Positions 24,494 through 37,295 of a stretch of DNA of 64,000 nt are shown here, one piece after another. Position 1 is the stretch's first letter; each line of letters begins with the position of its first letter. A program made the position numbers and the translations under genes. Where the stretch lies: contig CP089274.1 of NCBI GenBank assembly GCA_023920165.1, forward strand, positions 744,001 through 808,000. The letters run 5' to 3'. The notes under the pieces are model-generated. The model worked only from the letters and a program-made list of their open reading frames with translations, was not told the DNA's origin and did no database searches. Source of the DNA: Curvularia clavata. Taxonomy: Eukaryota.

Positions 24494-25816
24494 TTTTCCG
24501 ATTTCTCAGCACAATTTCTTGAAATGTTCTCGTCCCGGTGCACACGCAGACTCAAACAGGATGGCAATGGTCTTCAAAAGATTCCGAGGCAAAAACAACC
24601 AAGCTTCACCAAGCCTCACCAAGCTTTCACGCCCAGCCCGGATATCAAGTAAATCTGCAATTATTCAAAAAGCTTGTCACTCCCAACCCCCATTTATACC
24701 CCTTCCTCTTCCCCACCACTAATATAGTCCTAACCGCATCCGACGCGGGAATAATCAGCAAAACTAATCGAACAGGCTTAGGCATGGTCAGTTCCTCGGT
24801 GTCGCCCGTCCATCATACCCGGAATGCAGGATACACTACTGCGTTACGTGGGTACACTACGTATGTACGGTGGTTTAGAGACGTAAGTAGCCAATTAGAA
24901 CATCGGATACGAACACATGGGTCACGGCATCCGAAGGGCGTTTTTCGGATGCGCGTGGAAAAGAAGCAGGGGTCATGGGTTGCGGTGACGTCCCGTCTGT
25001 GGAATGGGGATAGTTGGCAGGACAGGTGCAGAATATGTCGATGCGGCTGGGTGCATGGTGGCTGGGGACGAGGCGATTGGATGGTTTACAAGGGGTTTAT
25101 CGAATTGGTTATGTATGTGGCTTGAGATGTCTCCGGGATGTGGTTAGTAGGTTTTTTGGAAATTTTGCCCTGCCGTGCCGTGAGATCCCAAAGACTTGGA
25201 TTCCGGTATGGTGATGAGAATAGTTTATGTCGTTTGTGATGTGCTAGGATGGAATCGCAGTACGAGACAAGAGATAGGTCCGCGGAGTACGAGTCGGGTG
25301 ATTGCAATAAATGCGGGGGTGGGGGGAAACTAGAAGTGGAAGTCTGGATATCCCAGCCATCGCAGATCGAATATGACGTAGGGAAAAAAAAGACAAGAAC
25401 AAAGAAGGCACTCTTTGATTATTACTCATATGAGATGCATGTTGTGGTAAGAATCAGAATCTTTATTAAAACAAAACCTAGTCATCTCTTTTTATACACT
25501 TAATTTATATACCGCATTTCGCAAGCCCCAAATCGAGGCCGGAAAACCAGAAAAGACAAAAACACCAATGCCAATGCCGTTGATTTGAGACACGCCCGAC
25601 GCTTTCCCCCATTAATCTCATAAGCCAGAGTCATGAGCCGCATCGTTAGTCGTGTCGTAGATAAGGAAAAGGAAACCAAGATTGCGCCATCCATCCATGT
25701 CGTATTGGAGCAATGCCACAGAGAGGAAACAAAACAATAGATGCAGAAAAGCAGCCAGCGTCGCTCAATGCTGGCATGTTGCACTCAGCGTCTGCTCAAA
25801 ACGCACAAAAAAGGGT

Positions 25817-28180
25817 CTAGGCAACGGGCCAGCGGGCACGCAGGCCTTGGGTCCACTGGCCATATAGAATATCAGCAAGTAGCGCTTGTTGTTCCATACC
25901 AGGCTCAACATAGCCCGGTAGCTTCTTCTCGTCGAGGGCTCCGAGACCATCAGGATAAAAACCTTTTTCGCCAACGACAAATGTGCTCTGACGTTTGTGG
26001 GCTTTGAGTGCTGGAGACCTCTTGCTGGGTTTGAGAGCCTTGGTCGGAGAGCCGCCGCTCATGGGAGTGGCGGGGCTGGAAGGACTACGCTCATAGTCTT
26101 CTGAACTTTTGCTAGCTGATGTGGAAATAGATGTGTTAGACGTGCTAGGGCGAACACGATTGCTTCCCGATCCGTGTACGGTAGTACCACCCAAACTGGT
26201 TTCACTGGTTTTGGTGTTGTGTTTGTAGGGAGACGGCGTAGACGAGACTTGGATACCGAGTGCGGAAGCAAGCTTCGTATCGTTCTTGAGGCGATCGACC
26301 ATAGCCTTGAGCAGCATAAACTCGCCATGGGGGTCGACTTCATCAAGATGTTGCCATGCCTGAGCAACACGTCCGATAGCATCCCGCTGACGAGGTGACG
26401 CAGTATCTGCGTGTGCTTCTTGAAACACGGAATCTAAGACCTTGCTGTAAGCCCGTCGACCGTACAGCGCATCCTTTGTAATCGGCATGTGCGCATTGTC
26501 GGGGCTGGGTGGCTCGTTCTCGTTGTTGACGTCTAGCGGATGGTTGGAACTTGGAGGAGACGGCCGGAAAGTGCGAGCTTCAGGATTTGGATAGAAGGAC
26601 TGGTTGTTATGGGCAGCTTGTTCGTTGGCAGGATTCGAACGCAGCCCAGCACGGCGCTCGTCCGAAGAAACACGCTTAAAGTGCCGCACAGTCGAAGGCG
26701 AGTTGCTAAATGTCAGATCTACACCAAGGGGCTGCTTGCTAACACTGTTGGCGTTGGTAACATTGCTAAGATTGCTGAGATTAGCAACGCCACTAACGCG
26801 GCGGGCCGTTGGTGTGTTGCCTGAAGGAACTCGAAGGGCTGTGACTTGAGATGGCCTTCGCGAAGGTGTGCGACGGCGAGCAGATGTTGGCGAATCTGTA
26901 ATGTCGCCTAGTGGGGCTGCATTCAGATCCATGCGTTGCATGGAAGCCTGCGTCTCTTCGACACTGCAGGCTATGCGTGTGAGCTTCCGTTGCTTCATAG
27001 TCTGACGTGCTGCGACCGTCCCGCGCTTTACGGTGTCAAAGTCCCATTCATCATCATCTTGGGCTTTGGAAGAGAAGTCGACCCTAACAAAACTATAAGT
27101 ATGTTACGCTATAAACTATGGGGGGGTATACTGACATTGTCTCTTCATAATACTTCCGTTGAGAAGCTGCCTGTTGTTCTCGCTGAGCGTCGAACATCTG
27201 CTTGCGCTCAACCAGCTCGCGCAGAGCCTCGACCTTACCAGCTCGCTGAATAAAGCGATGCTTCAACAGCTCTTTGGCTGATGCACGTCGATCAGGGTCC
27301 TTGATCAGACACTGTGCCACAAAGTCTTTAAAGTCCTTGCTCCATTGGTCGCCTTCGAGCCTGGGGGCTGGGTTTTTGGGAATTGTGAAGAGCACCTTCA
27401 TTGGATGTGAACCTGCATGCGGAGGTGCACCTTCTGCCAACTCCATAGCAGTGATGCCCAGGGACCAGATGTCAGCCCTAAAGTCGTAGCCAGCTTCCTG
27501 GATAACTTCGGGGGCCATCCAAAACGGAGTGCCGACAAAAGTCATGCGCTGGGACTTCATATTGGTAAGTTGTGCGGCAACACCGAAATCGGCCAGCTTG
27601 ACCTTGCCTTGGTCCGTAAGAAGTACGTTCGCGGCTTTAATGTCGCGATGGATCTTGCCAGAGGAGTGGAGGTAATCGAGTCCGAGGAGAAGCTCCCGAC
27701 ACATGATGGCAATGTGAGCTTCGCTGAAAGTTCCAGGTACCAACTAAAAAAAAAAAAGTCAGTTCCGAGAGTCGTTTTGTGTGCTCAGCTTTGGACATAC
27801 CAAGTCTGCAGCAGAACCTCCTCCCAAATACTCCATAACAATCCATAGCTTGACACCCTTGACAAAGCTGGTCTTATACTCGGTAACGTATGGACTGTGG
27901 CATGTGCTCAGGAGCGAGATCTCGGCCTGGATATCAGCTAGCTCCTCGGTGCTGTCTTCGAGGTCGATCTATGTGGGGTGAGTTTGGGGGACCAGGATGG
28001 CGAGGTAGGTTCGTACGTGTTTAATGGCGACTGTCTCGCCGGTGGTCTTGTCAATTGCCTTGAACACCTTGCCGAAGCTCCCGCCTATAACACAGTCAGC
28101 AATTACCCGCGGCACGTTGTATAAAACATACTGCCCAGCTCCTCCATGACCTGGTAGCCCTCGGCCATGGTAGGCGACAT
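25817..28180 (-). CDS. Ste20-family germinal-centre kinase (MST3/STK24/Sid1-like); 4 introns
   Basis: After splicing it has [25 protein letters not shown] and GTPFWMAPE (the Ste20 signature), then [10 protein letters not shown], a long S/P-rich tail and a C-terminal helical segment. The start could be 28168. Confidence 0.9.
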
Positions 28181-29905
28181 CGGCGGTGTAGGCTAGAGAG
28201 TAGATTTGCGGCAGAGCGGATGGCGAAATGTACGTGGGTCCTCTGGTGACAGCGCGGAGGGGGACGAATGGGTCCGAGAAGAATGTTCAGATAGGAATAG
28301 GGTGCGGGATTGTGGGTGTGCTACATGGCCGCGGCGGTTGGTGGTGTACTGTATATCGAATGCGGCGCAGGGTCCTCAGCCCTGCCATCTCCAGGGCAAC
28401 GGCCTCGACTCCATCAACAACGCACAACCCCCCACCATGACGTTACCGACAAAACGGACACGGTGCCCCAGGACATCCAAGCTGCAGCAACTGCAAAACG
28501 AATCTGGAGACGGCGCCTAGCGTTACATTATTAGAAGTGATAATAATTTGGGAGCTGCTCGTTGTGGCGCAAAGCTAGCTGGGCTGTTGACAAGCAAGAT
28601 TAAGAGAAGGCAGACGGATACGAAGCTTCAGTCGATCTAGACGGGTGTGCGGGAGCCAAACAACGGTCAGCCTCAGTCCAAGGCCTCACTGCACTACCGC
28701 CGCCCTGCATATCAATCTCCACAGAGCAACGGGTAAGGTGTGGTGGTGGTGGCTAGCGACGTTGGGCCATGGGCCTGCCAGTTGGATGTGCGGGCAGATC
28801 GCCCTTTGCGTGGGCCGCTTGCTAGGCGTTTGCCGAGACGGACTGCTTTTGGGCGCGTTGCCCTGCCAAACCCATCGTCTACACGACCCAGATCATGCGC
28901 AGGCGAGAGGGGCCCCATGTTTCAAGCTAACGGTCATCATGTTTGCAGGCCTGCGCCTGGTCGGTCGCCATGGTGCTGGAGTTGGTGCTGGCCTGACAAG
29001 AAGGGAATACATGCCTTCCTCGAGACGACAGGCATCATGTGTATACCACACGCCCTCTCGCACAGCAACACGATTGGCAGACAGCGAGCAGACACAGCGA
29101 GCTTGTCTTGTTGCAGATACAGCGGGCAGTCGGGCGCTGCACAAAGGGGCTTCTTTTTCTTCATGGTCGAATTACGTGGCCTGGCCCCTCATTTCCGAAG
29201 ATGCCAATGCCGTCGAGCCAGGCACGTCGCATGCATCCAGGTGCTTTTTGACGTGTCGCGCACCAGGCGAGTGACGGGCTGGCATACCGCCAGTCGCTGC
29301 CACGACACACAGGGCAGAGGGCGTAGTGTGCTGCCGTCGAGTACAAAGCCGGCCAGCGAGCCTCAACATGCGGCCCGCCGTCAGTCTGTCGAGGTCAAGT
29401 GTATACATATATAGCACGCCTTACCCCTCGGCCAGGCCATGGCTACTCGCAGCCGTGCAAGCAACACCCCAGGGAACTCTGTGCCAGGAAATGGCTCCTA
29501 ATCCGGCGTGTTTGTGGCCTGAGCTTATGAGCGCGTGAGAAACGCGGACACAAAGTCGACGGCGCCGGCTGCGAGATACAGGAGATGAATGTTCGCCATT
29601 TGCCTCTCGCCACTGCAGGAAATGCTCTCTTCAATGTCTTTGGTATGGCCTCTCGCACCGCCGCCAGTCCAGCGCTCCTAAGGTCGTGGTTCTCTTGGTT
29701 TAGAGGGTCGCTGCTCCTCCGATTGGTCGGCCCACCCACTGCGCTTCTAGCCCTCTACCTCGAAGTATACGGCAGCTCCCCAGCCGCCGCCTCGCTTATT
29801 CTTCACCGACTCGCTCGCCGCTTTCATCTCCCAACCCTTCTCTGTGCACTGGCAGACACAAAACGTACTCGTAATTCTTCCTCTGATCGTGGTCACCCAG
29901 ATGCC

Positions 29906-31471
29906 ATGGATCGAGCACAGACACAAACCCTGCACCACATAGGGGCGGACCCGTCATCCCAAGACGAAATATCATCTGCCCATGCCTCCATGCCCGCCCT
30001 CTCTCCCCAACCTCCTCCTCCAAAAGCCATGTCGGCGCACAACCGCTCCAAGACGATAGACGTCGTCGGCCAAGGCAAGCGCCTCTCGCTCCAATTCCCC
30101 ATCCAGCCAACGGCCACCGCCGCAAGCACTCCCGCTTCCGCCACACGCACGCGCCCCCAGTCATGGATGAACGGCTCCTCGACTTCCCCCTCACCTGAAC
30201 CCCAGGAGACCCCTCATGAGACCAACATTCTGGCTGTCCTGGCCGCCCAGGAGCGCTACGTGCTGGAGCTCAAGGAAGAGCTGAGCAAAGCAGAGGCCGA
30301 CTTGGACATGCTCAAGTCCCACTGGGCCCGCCACGAAGCCAACAAGCGGCGCAACCAGGTGCGCAGAACCGCTCCTCTGCAACCCCTCGACACCTCGCTG
30401 GCCAACTCTCCGCCAACCCTCTTCGACGATGATGCTTCGGGCTTGTCGATGCAAAAAGAAATGGAGCGCAGGAAGAACCTCCTCAGCCACAGCAAGCCCG
30501 CTCAACGCAAGGTCTTCAGTGGCTCCCGCCACTTACGCACCCTGTCGCTCCTCTCCCCAGAGCGCGTGGAGTCGCCATCCTTCCCCCATACAGCGGATCT
30601 TCTCGACAATCAGTCCCCCAACATACGCCCACAGGCTTCTGCACGTACATCTACTTCGTCAGACGCTGCCAGACCACTCGTTTCTCTTGGCGAACATGAT
30701 CGTTATGACATGGGCGGTATGCCAACCATCCAGCGCGAGCAGCTCATTCGCGCAGGCACCCAGATGGCCACAGAACTCAAGAAGGGATTGTTCACTTTCA
30801 TCGAAGACATCCGTCAGGCCACGGTCGGCGATGAGGCTGTCCACAACACAGACAACACCGCCGGGATTGCCGGAACCAAGGGCTCTAAATCTGCACGCAA
30901 ACCATCCGACGGTCGCCCAGCACTCAATAGGTCCGCCAGCTCAAAGAAGTCCACGCAGCAAACCGGCTCTTTTGGAGATGACTTCTGGAAGGAAATGGGT
31001 CTCAGTGACCCCAAGACTACGGCGACGAACAAGAAGCCTCAGGCACTCAACAACAATGCTACTCCACAAAAGCAAATACGCAAGGTTGCTTCTGAAGAAG
31101 ACTGGGACAATTGGGACACCCCCAACGACTCGCTTCTGGTAGATGTGACAGACCCTAAGGACCACTTGGACGACTCTGACGCGCAAACATCACCCCTCGC
31201 CGACCAAGATAGCTCCCGCACTTCCACTAGCGCGAGGTATCATGCGAAGCGCCATGATTCAAAAGCCTCGTCACTCACATCCATCAACCAAGACGATATT
31301 ACACCACGCGAACAAAAACGCACTTCCATGACCTGGCCCGACATGACAAAGGTGTCTCCCAGCAACTTGAAGCGTACCGCATCGCATCTGATGAAGGAGT
31401 GGGAGAAGCAGCTGACTCCTCCCCCAGAGTCAAGAAGCCAAAACTATGCCCATGGCGACTACATGAATTAA
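29906..31471 (+). CDS. Fungal low-complexity coiled-coil protein (DUF4048-like)
   Basis: Long ORF with the coiled coil LAAQERYVLELKEELSKAEADL, plus VFSGSRHLRTLSLLSP and GLFTFIEDIRQATVGDE. ATG 29906 (gccATGG) is preferred. Confidence 0.7.
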   Translation: MDRAQTQTLHHIGADPSSQDEISSAHASMPALSPQPPPPKAMSAHNRSKTIDVVGQGKRLSLQFPIQPTATAASTPASATRTRPQSWMNGSSTSPSPEPQETPHETNILAVLAAQERYVLELKEELSKAEADLDMLKSHWARHEANKRRNQVRRTAPLQPLDTSLANSPPTLFDDDASGLSMQKEMERRKNLLSHSKPAQRKVFSGSRHLRTLSLLSPERVESPSFPHTADLLDNQSPNIRPQASARTSTSSDAARPLVSLGEHDRYDMGGMPTIQREQLIRAGTQMATELKKGLFTFIEDIRQATVGDEAVHNTDNTAGIAGTKGSKSARKPSDGRPALNRSASSKKSTQQTGSFGDDFWKEMGLSDPKTTATNKKPQALNNNATPQKQIRKVASEEDWDNWDTPNDSLLVDVTDPKDHLDDSDAQTSPLADQDSSRTSTSARYHAKRHDSKASSLTSINQDDITPREQKRTSMTWPDMTKVSPSNLKRTASHLMKEWEKQLTPPPESRSQNYAHGDYMN

Positions 31472-31994
31472 CGAAGGGTTTTACGGCACCTGCATTAGCG
31501 ATATCCAGCATTACGACGCCACGCCATTACGCGGCAGTTTTTAATTCAGTATTCACAGCATGTATCAGAGACGGTTTGGTGTAGGAGCAGCGTTTGCAAA
31601 GTCAAAGCATGGCGTTGGCGTACTTGTTGTACATAGAGCATTTATACCTAGCTTCAGGTAGACTTGTACAGTCGTTGGAAGCATAATGAACCAATTTGAG
31701 CATCAGACTACCATACCTTTTTTTTATTTCTTGTTACTGTTTTCTTATTTGCGGACAGCACACGTGTGAACTGACCCACCGCTTTTCTGGCAGAGTTTGG
31801 TTGTTGGGACATTGCCAAGCCCCGCATCCTGTGCCCTCGGCGGCATCTTCCGTCCTCCGCTCTGAACTCCGCAAAATGTTCCTGAGTAGTGGCGCGCATC
31901 GCAATCGGAATCGCAACATCCCACTTCATCCTCCTACCCCACATCTCTCTGGAGTACTTTTTCTTTTTTTATCCCTTCTCTTCTCAGGATAGCT

Positions 31995-32773
31995 ATGGCG
32001 TTTCCAGGAGGCCCAGGCGCGATGCCAGCCGCCATGAACCCAACAGCCGGCATGTCAGAGCAGGAACAGCAGATGGTGAAAGCGGTATGCACAGCCCAGG
32101 ATAAGCAGTACAGACAGCCTAGCTGACAATAGTCACAGATGCAAATGGGCATGGAGTCTTGTCTAGGCAAGACGGTAATGGCAGGCGTCATGGGAGGAGG
32201 TCTAGGTGCTATGTTCGGACTCTTCATGTCTTCGGTAAGATGCTACGAATCTTATCCAGATGAGAGATAGGACATAGTCTGATATGTGGCCAGATGCGAT
32301 ACGATACACCCATGTCGCAACCGCTTCCTATCAACACCCCAGCAACTACAGCACCAAGCGCTTCAAGTGCGGCAGGAGTAAAACCCTCGACAGTCGCTAC
32401 AAGTACTCCCTCCGCCGCTGCCACCCTCCCCAACCCGACCGCAGCTGGAACCATTCCAATCACCGACCTTCCCCTCAAGCAGCAGCTCCGTGCTGGTCTG
32501 CGTGACATGTACCGCTCCTCCATATCCTCGGGTAAAAACTTTGCCAAAGTCGGCGCCATATTCTCGGGAACCGAGTGCGCGATCGAGGGTCTACGGGCGA
32601 AAAACGACCTTTACAACGGTGTTGCAGGAGGATGTATTACAGGAGGCATTCTAGCAAGGAATGCTGGGCCCCAGGCAGTGGCCGTTGGGTGTGCGGGCTT
32701 TGCAGTTTTCTCAGCCGCCATCGATGCGTATATGCGCATGCCAGAGGATGAGAGGAGCAAGCCTATTGCGTAA
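31995..32773 (+). CDS. TIM22: Mitochondrial inner membrane translocase subunit Tim22; 2 introns
   Basis: [32 protein letters not shown] and SGKNFAKVGAIFSGTECAIEGLRAKND..AFSAAID. Confidence 0.95.
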
Positions 32774-33438
32774 AAAAGGAAAGGGATGCGTGGGCTGAAG
32801 GTGTCTGACGCAAGTGCAATTTTTCAGAGCGGGTTTGGAGCTACGATGTATGATTACTGTATACCACTGTCGGGTTAGATCTGGGGCACGACTCGCAACT
32901 TTAGCATTGGGCGGCGTTTGGTGACACTGGGATTCTGAATCTCAAAGGCCATCTAGAAATAAGATACCTACCGTTGTACTACAGACTCAACTCATAGAAA
33001 TGACACTAGAGTGTAATTGGATGACTGAGCAGAAAATGAATAGTCAAATCGAGCAAAAAAGAAACTCGTTATTGCATTTACTCCCGCCTATATAAACATT
33101 GCTTCTTTCTATCATATGCAGCCCCAAGCCCAGTCCATGTGTTGTTGCGTCAGAGTCAGATAGTAGCCATGCGGTAGTCCGCCCAATCAAAACCCATGAC
33201 CATTTTCACTCGCCCCTCCAAAAAAGTTGCGCCCCACTAATTTACCGCCACCATAGCGAAATCTTTCCCACACGCGACACAACGTTTTGATCAAGTCACA
33301 TATTATCAAGTGAATATTTTATGATTCTTGAGTGACTGAACTTGCACTCGACCAAGATCTAGGAGCGGAAAATTGAACCGGAAGAGAAGAGAAGGATTAA
33401 AAAATCAGTGTACTACTTGCTCGGCTACTTCCACCATC

Positions 33439-35286
33439 ATGGAGAATTCCACGCCCACACAGCACAAGCCAATACACTCACTCATTCTGGACACTGGACC
33501 ACTGATCAAAAACGCTGTGTCCATTTCCACCCTCATCAACACCGCCGAGGAACTCTACACCACACCCGCCATCCTATCTGAAATTCGAGACGAAGCAACA
33601 CGATCACGTGTACAAACGACGCTCGTCCCGTTCTTGAAGATTAGAAATCCCAGCCCAGCTAGTTACGATGCAGTTATCGCTTTTAGCAAGAAGACGGGCG
33701 ATCATGCCGTGCTGAGCAGACAGGATCTGGGCATTTTGGCGCTGGCGTACGAAGTGCACTGTGAGCGGAATGGCGGGAACTGGGGCCTGAGAGAGACGCC
33801 TAAGGGAGAAATTAAGAAGAGGCCTGAGGATATCGAGAGGGAAGAGGCGGAGAGGGCGCAGAGGGAGAAGGAAGGGGCGGCTGAGATGGCTGAGGGTGGT
33901 GCACTGTCCAAGTCGGCGGCTAAGCGTAGGCGCAGAGCAGAGAAGGCGAGGCAGGCGAGTGCGGAGGCTGCGGCTGAAGAGATGGAACATGAAATAGTGG
34001 AAAGTGGGGATATGGAGGCACCCGAAGATGAGGGCTGGGAGCAACCGACGGGGAAGCGGGCGGCGAAGGCGAAGGCGCCGAAGTCGCCAAAGTTCAATTT
34101 CAAGCCTACGGAAGAAGCGGGGAAGGAGGCAGATCAGAATCAGGAGATCGATGATCAGGAAGATGGAGGGGTCAAGGTCACTGAAGAGGAGGTACAGGAG
34201 CAGATTCACGAGCAGGTTGCGGCGCAGGTAAAGGATCAGGTTCACGATCAAGTACAGGACCAGGTTCACGAGCAGATTCAAGACCAGATTCACGAGCAGC
34301 TTGCGGACAAGGGACAAGAGCAACTTGAAAGCCAGGCTGTGAAACAGGCTGAACAGCAGATCGAAGAGCGCATCCAGGAACAAGTCCAGGAGCAGGTTCA
34401 AGAACAGCTGGGAGAGCAAGGGCTGATCGAGGGATCGGCAGCAGTCGAGGTGCCGAGCGCGAGCCTGCATATTGAACAAGACGCAGAAGTAGCCGTTCCT
34501 TCAGAGCAACAACCGGAACCAGCTACTGAAGGCATCTCACAAGACCCAAATCTCGAGCAAGACATGGCTTCGCTCTCCATCACGCAACAGCCCACACCCC
34601 CTGCCACTGACGACTCAGCCGCAGATTCAGACTCAGACGGCGACTGGATCACACCCGGCAACCTCAGCGCACACCAAGCCAAAGACTCAGGCCTGCAACC
34701 CAACCTCCGCACCGCCCAAAACCCGCAACTCGACGTCGCCACCATGACGACCGATTTTGCCATGCAAAATGTTCTTTTGCAACTAAACCTACATCTGCTC
34801 TCTACAAACATGCAACGCATCAAAACCGTCAACACCAAAGTCCTCCGCTGCCACGCCTGCTTCCTCATCACCAAGCAAATGGACCGCCAATTCTGTCCTC
34901 GCTGCGGCCAAGCCACGCTCCAGCGCGTCTCGTGCAGCACGAACGCCAAAGGCGAATTCCGCATCCACCTCGCGAAAAACTACCAGTACAACAAGCGCGG
35001 CGATCGCTACAGCATTCCCAAACCCATTGCTGGAACGGCGAATACCAAATGGAAGGAGGGGCAAGGTGGTGGTAAGGGCGGTTGGGGCAGAGATTTAATT
35101 CTTGCAGAGGACCAAAAGGAGTTTATGAGGGCGGTTGAGGGCGAGAAGAGGAGGGGAAAGAGGGATATGATGGATGAGGATTATCTGCCGGGCATTCTGA
35201 CGGGAGAGAGGAGTGGAGGACGGGGTGCAGGGGGCAAGTTGAAGGTGGGGGCGGGAAGGAATGTTAATGCTAAGAAGAGGTCGTAG
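33439..35286 (+). CDS. NOB1: 20S pre-rRNA D-site endonuclease Nob1
   Basis: PIN domain (LILDTGPLI, EIRDEATR, KKTGDHAVLSRQDL, TTDFAMQNVLLQ), the DSDGDWITP motif and a zinc ribbon CHAC...CPRCG. Confidence 0.95.
   Translation: MENSTPTQHKPIHSLILDTGPLIKNAVSISTLINTAEELYTTPAILSEIRDEATRSRVQTTLVPFLKIRNPSPASYDAVIAFSKKTGDHAVLSRQDLGILALAYEVHCERNGGNWGLRETPKGEIKKRPEDIEREEAERAQREKEGAAEMAEGGALSKSAAKRRRRAEKARQASAEAAAEEMEHEIVESGDMEAPEDEGWEQPTGKRAAKAKAPKSPKFNFKPTEEAGKEADQNQEIDDQEDGGVKVTEEEVQEQIHEQVAAQVKDQVHDQVQDQVHEQIQDQIHEQLADKGQEQLESQAVKQAEQQIEERIQEQVQEQVQEQLGEQGLIEGSAAVEVPSASLHIEQDAEVAVPSEQQPEPATEGISQDPNLEQDMASLSITQQPTPPATDDSAADSDSDGDWITPGNLSAHQAKDSGLQPNLRTAQNPQLDVATMTTDFAMQNVLLQLNLHLLSTNMQRIKTVNTKVLRCHACFLITKQMDRQFCPRCGQATLQRVSCSTNAKGEFRIHLAKNYQYNKRGDRYSIPKPIAGTANTKWKEGQGGGKGGWGRDLILAEDQKEFMRAVEGEKRRGKRDMMDEDYLPGILTGERSGGRGAGGKLKVGAGRNVNAKKRS
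34189..34416 (+). repeat. Coding 12-nt minisatellite (Q-[VI]-x-[ED])n inside the Nob1 insertion domain
   Basis: About 10 units such as cagattcacgag / caggttcacgat / caggttcacgag at 34189-34308, and a second block of about 5 units at 34357-34416. Confidence 0.8.
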
Positions 35287-37295
35287 ATGATAGTATTTCC
35301 TTTCCAAAAAGGGGAAGTGGGAAGTGGGGAATGTGTGTTGGGCTTACAGTGAGCATGTGAGCACGTCTTTGGGGGTCGTCATGGGATTCGGGAATTAGGT
35401 CGGCATCGGGTGGGTTATCCAAATCATTGGGTTCGCCTAAAAAAGGGGAGGGGGCGTATGTAGGCGTTTTTTTTCTCTTTACCTGCTTCTTTTCGCTTGA
35501 TAGAGGAATGAAAGGCTTCGTCATTTTGGTTACTGTTGTTTTTGTCCACGTCGAGCGTGATTGTTCCTAGACAACATGGCAGTCCTTTTTCTTTTGGGTG
35601 ATATTCGGCTATTATGCGTATCGTCAGACTATCTCACCGCTTTATTGTTTTGGATATGGGGTTGTCGTGGAGTTATTTATTCGTCAGAATGAGGAAAGGA
35701 TAAACAATCATCAACGTCAATTTCTATTTACAGTACTGTTAAACTTTATCGTTCATGTCCGCTCTTTCGAACGAAAGCGTACATACAGACCTGAAATGCA
35801 ACCGCTGTGACTCTAACTGCGAAGGCGAGCTGTAAATTTTGTTTGAGAGGACTGATGAATTCTTTCTCGCACAATTCGAGTAATGTTGCTACCATCGGTT
35901 GATGGAAAGACGCCACTTGCAAATGTCATGTTGGAAATGTAAGCCGGGCTTACTTTTGCTCTGTTTCCTGCAATCTCTCAAATACTCGAGGAAATGATTC
36001 TCCAGCCTCTCCCCAAAACTTGCAATATTGTGAGACACTTCTAGCCCTTTACAGTAACACAGTTTAGAGAAAATTAGTCATTTTGGCGAAACATGGCCCA
36101 TTCTGAGTCGCGCAATGTGATTCAGCTGAATGCTACGTAACAATTTCTTACATAGAAGAGCAGGACGTGTCTGTGACTCGAAGTTTAATCCCAACCAGCC
36201 TTGACGCGGTCAATACTACCTCGGAGATAGAGTAGATGGCAAGGCAGAACGTAAGAACCTTGTTAGCCACGTGTACCCTCGCCTTTTTTAACCCCTTTCG
36301 AACCGTTCCGCCGAAGGGAGTGGCTGCAAGGGGGCTCAGTTTGTGTAACATATGTCATTTTATCTACGGCTGATGTCATTTTACCGTGCTTTTCGCACGT
36401 GCCCATGTTACAGTTCGCGCTTTGGTTATTTTTGATTCGGGATATAAAAAGCGAAGGACTCGGAAGTCATCGTTGTGCAACGAATGCGGCTGAAAATGTC
36501 TGGTGGGGAACGTGGTACCCGAGACCCGGAGGCCTCGAGTCCGTCTTGGCCTCGCGTGTCGTGGGAGAAGGGAAGTGGGGAGTTTGGGGGTCGAGTGGCA
36601 GATGTTTGTGATTATTTTCTTGCTTATGTCTGAATGGTGAGCAGTGTGACAAAGGGTTTTGTGGTTGGGAGCATGTATGTGAAAGGGAAAGTTCCGTTTT
36701 CAAAATCGAGCCAATGGGACAGTCTGGATATTGGAGATGGTCATGCAGATGGTGTCGTATGCTCAAATCAGAGTGTGTACATTGTCCAATTAGATGGTAA
36801 TATCTTCCGATCAATCGGAAAGAAAGCGAATTCATAAAGTGGCTTGGAAACTCATCCTCGTATTGTCACAGCCCTAAGGCGTGGCGTAAGAATGACACGC
36901 CAATCTGTACTACCACTGAACCCTTGCATGATTCTCACGAGGGTCGCGCCTAAACGCCTCGCTTACATAGAAGCCACTCCATTGATCAGTATGAGGCCAA
37001 TCTGACTCGGGGAACGAACCGGTCGAGTCAACTAAAGTGTTTCACACCTTGGGGCGCCCTCTCATGAGCGAGGCAGGTGTGTTGGCAGTGCAGTGTGAAA
37101 GGATGCGCTTGAGAAAGAACTCGTCATGGCCGAACATCTGCCTGATTTAGTGGACTTTGGCCAATGAGATGAAAGATAAGCGGTCTTAAAAACGGCCAGC
37201 AGGAGATGATGGGAAAGTACAAAGAGGTTCGGCTCTGCGTTTCTGTAATGCCATCTTCATCTGTTCTGTAAAATCAACTTTTTATCCCGTACAGT

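Noticed and set aside
27746..27757. A12 homopolymer as a slippage or frameshift site in the kinase
   Set aside because: It lies in an intron, where it forms the polypyrimidine tract (T12AG on the minus strand).
29585..29905. 107-aa N-terminal extension of the DUF4048-like ORF
   Set aside because: The sequence is C/T-rich and looks like promoter or 5' UTR. The ATG at 29906 has the better context.
33604..34479. 291-aa Leu-rich antisense ORF
   Set aside because: It is the shadow of the purine-rich E/Q repeat region of NOB1. The same applies to the many antisense ORFs inside ENA1, VPS54 and GH92.
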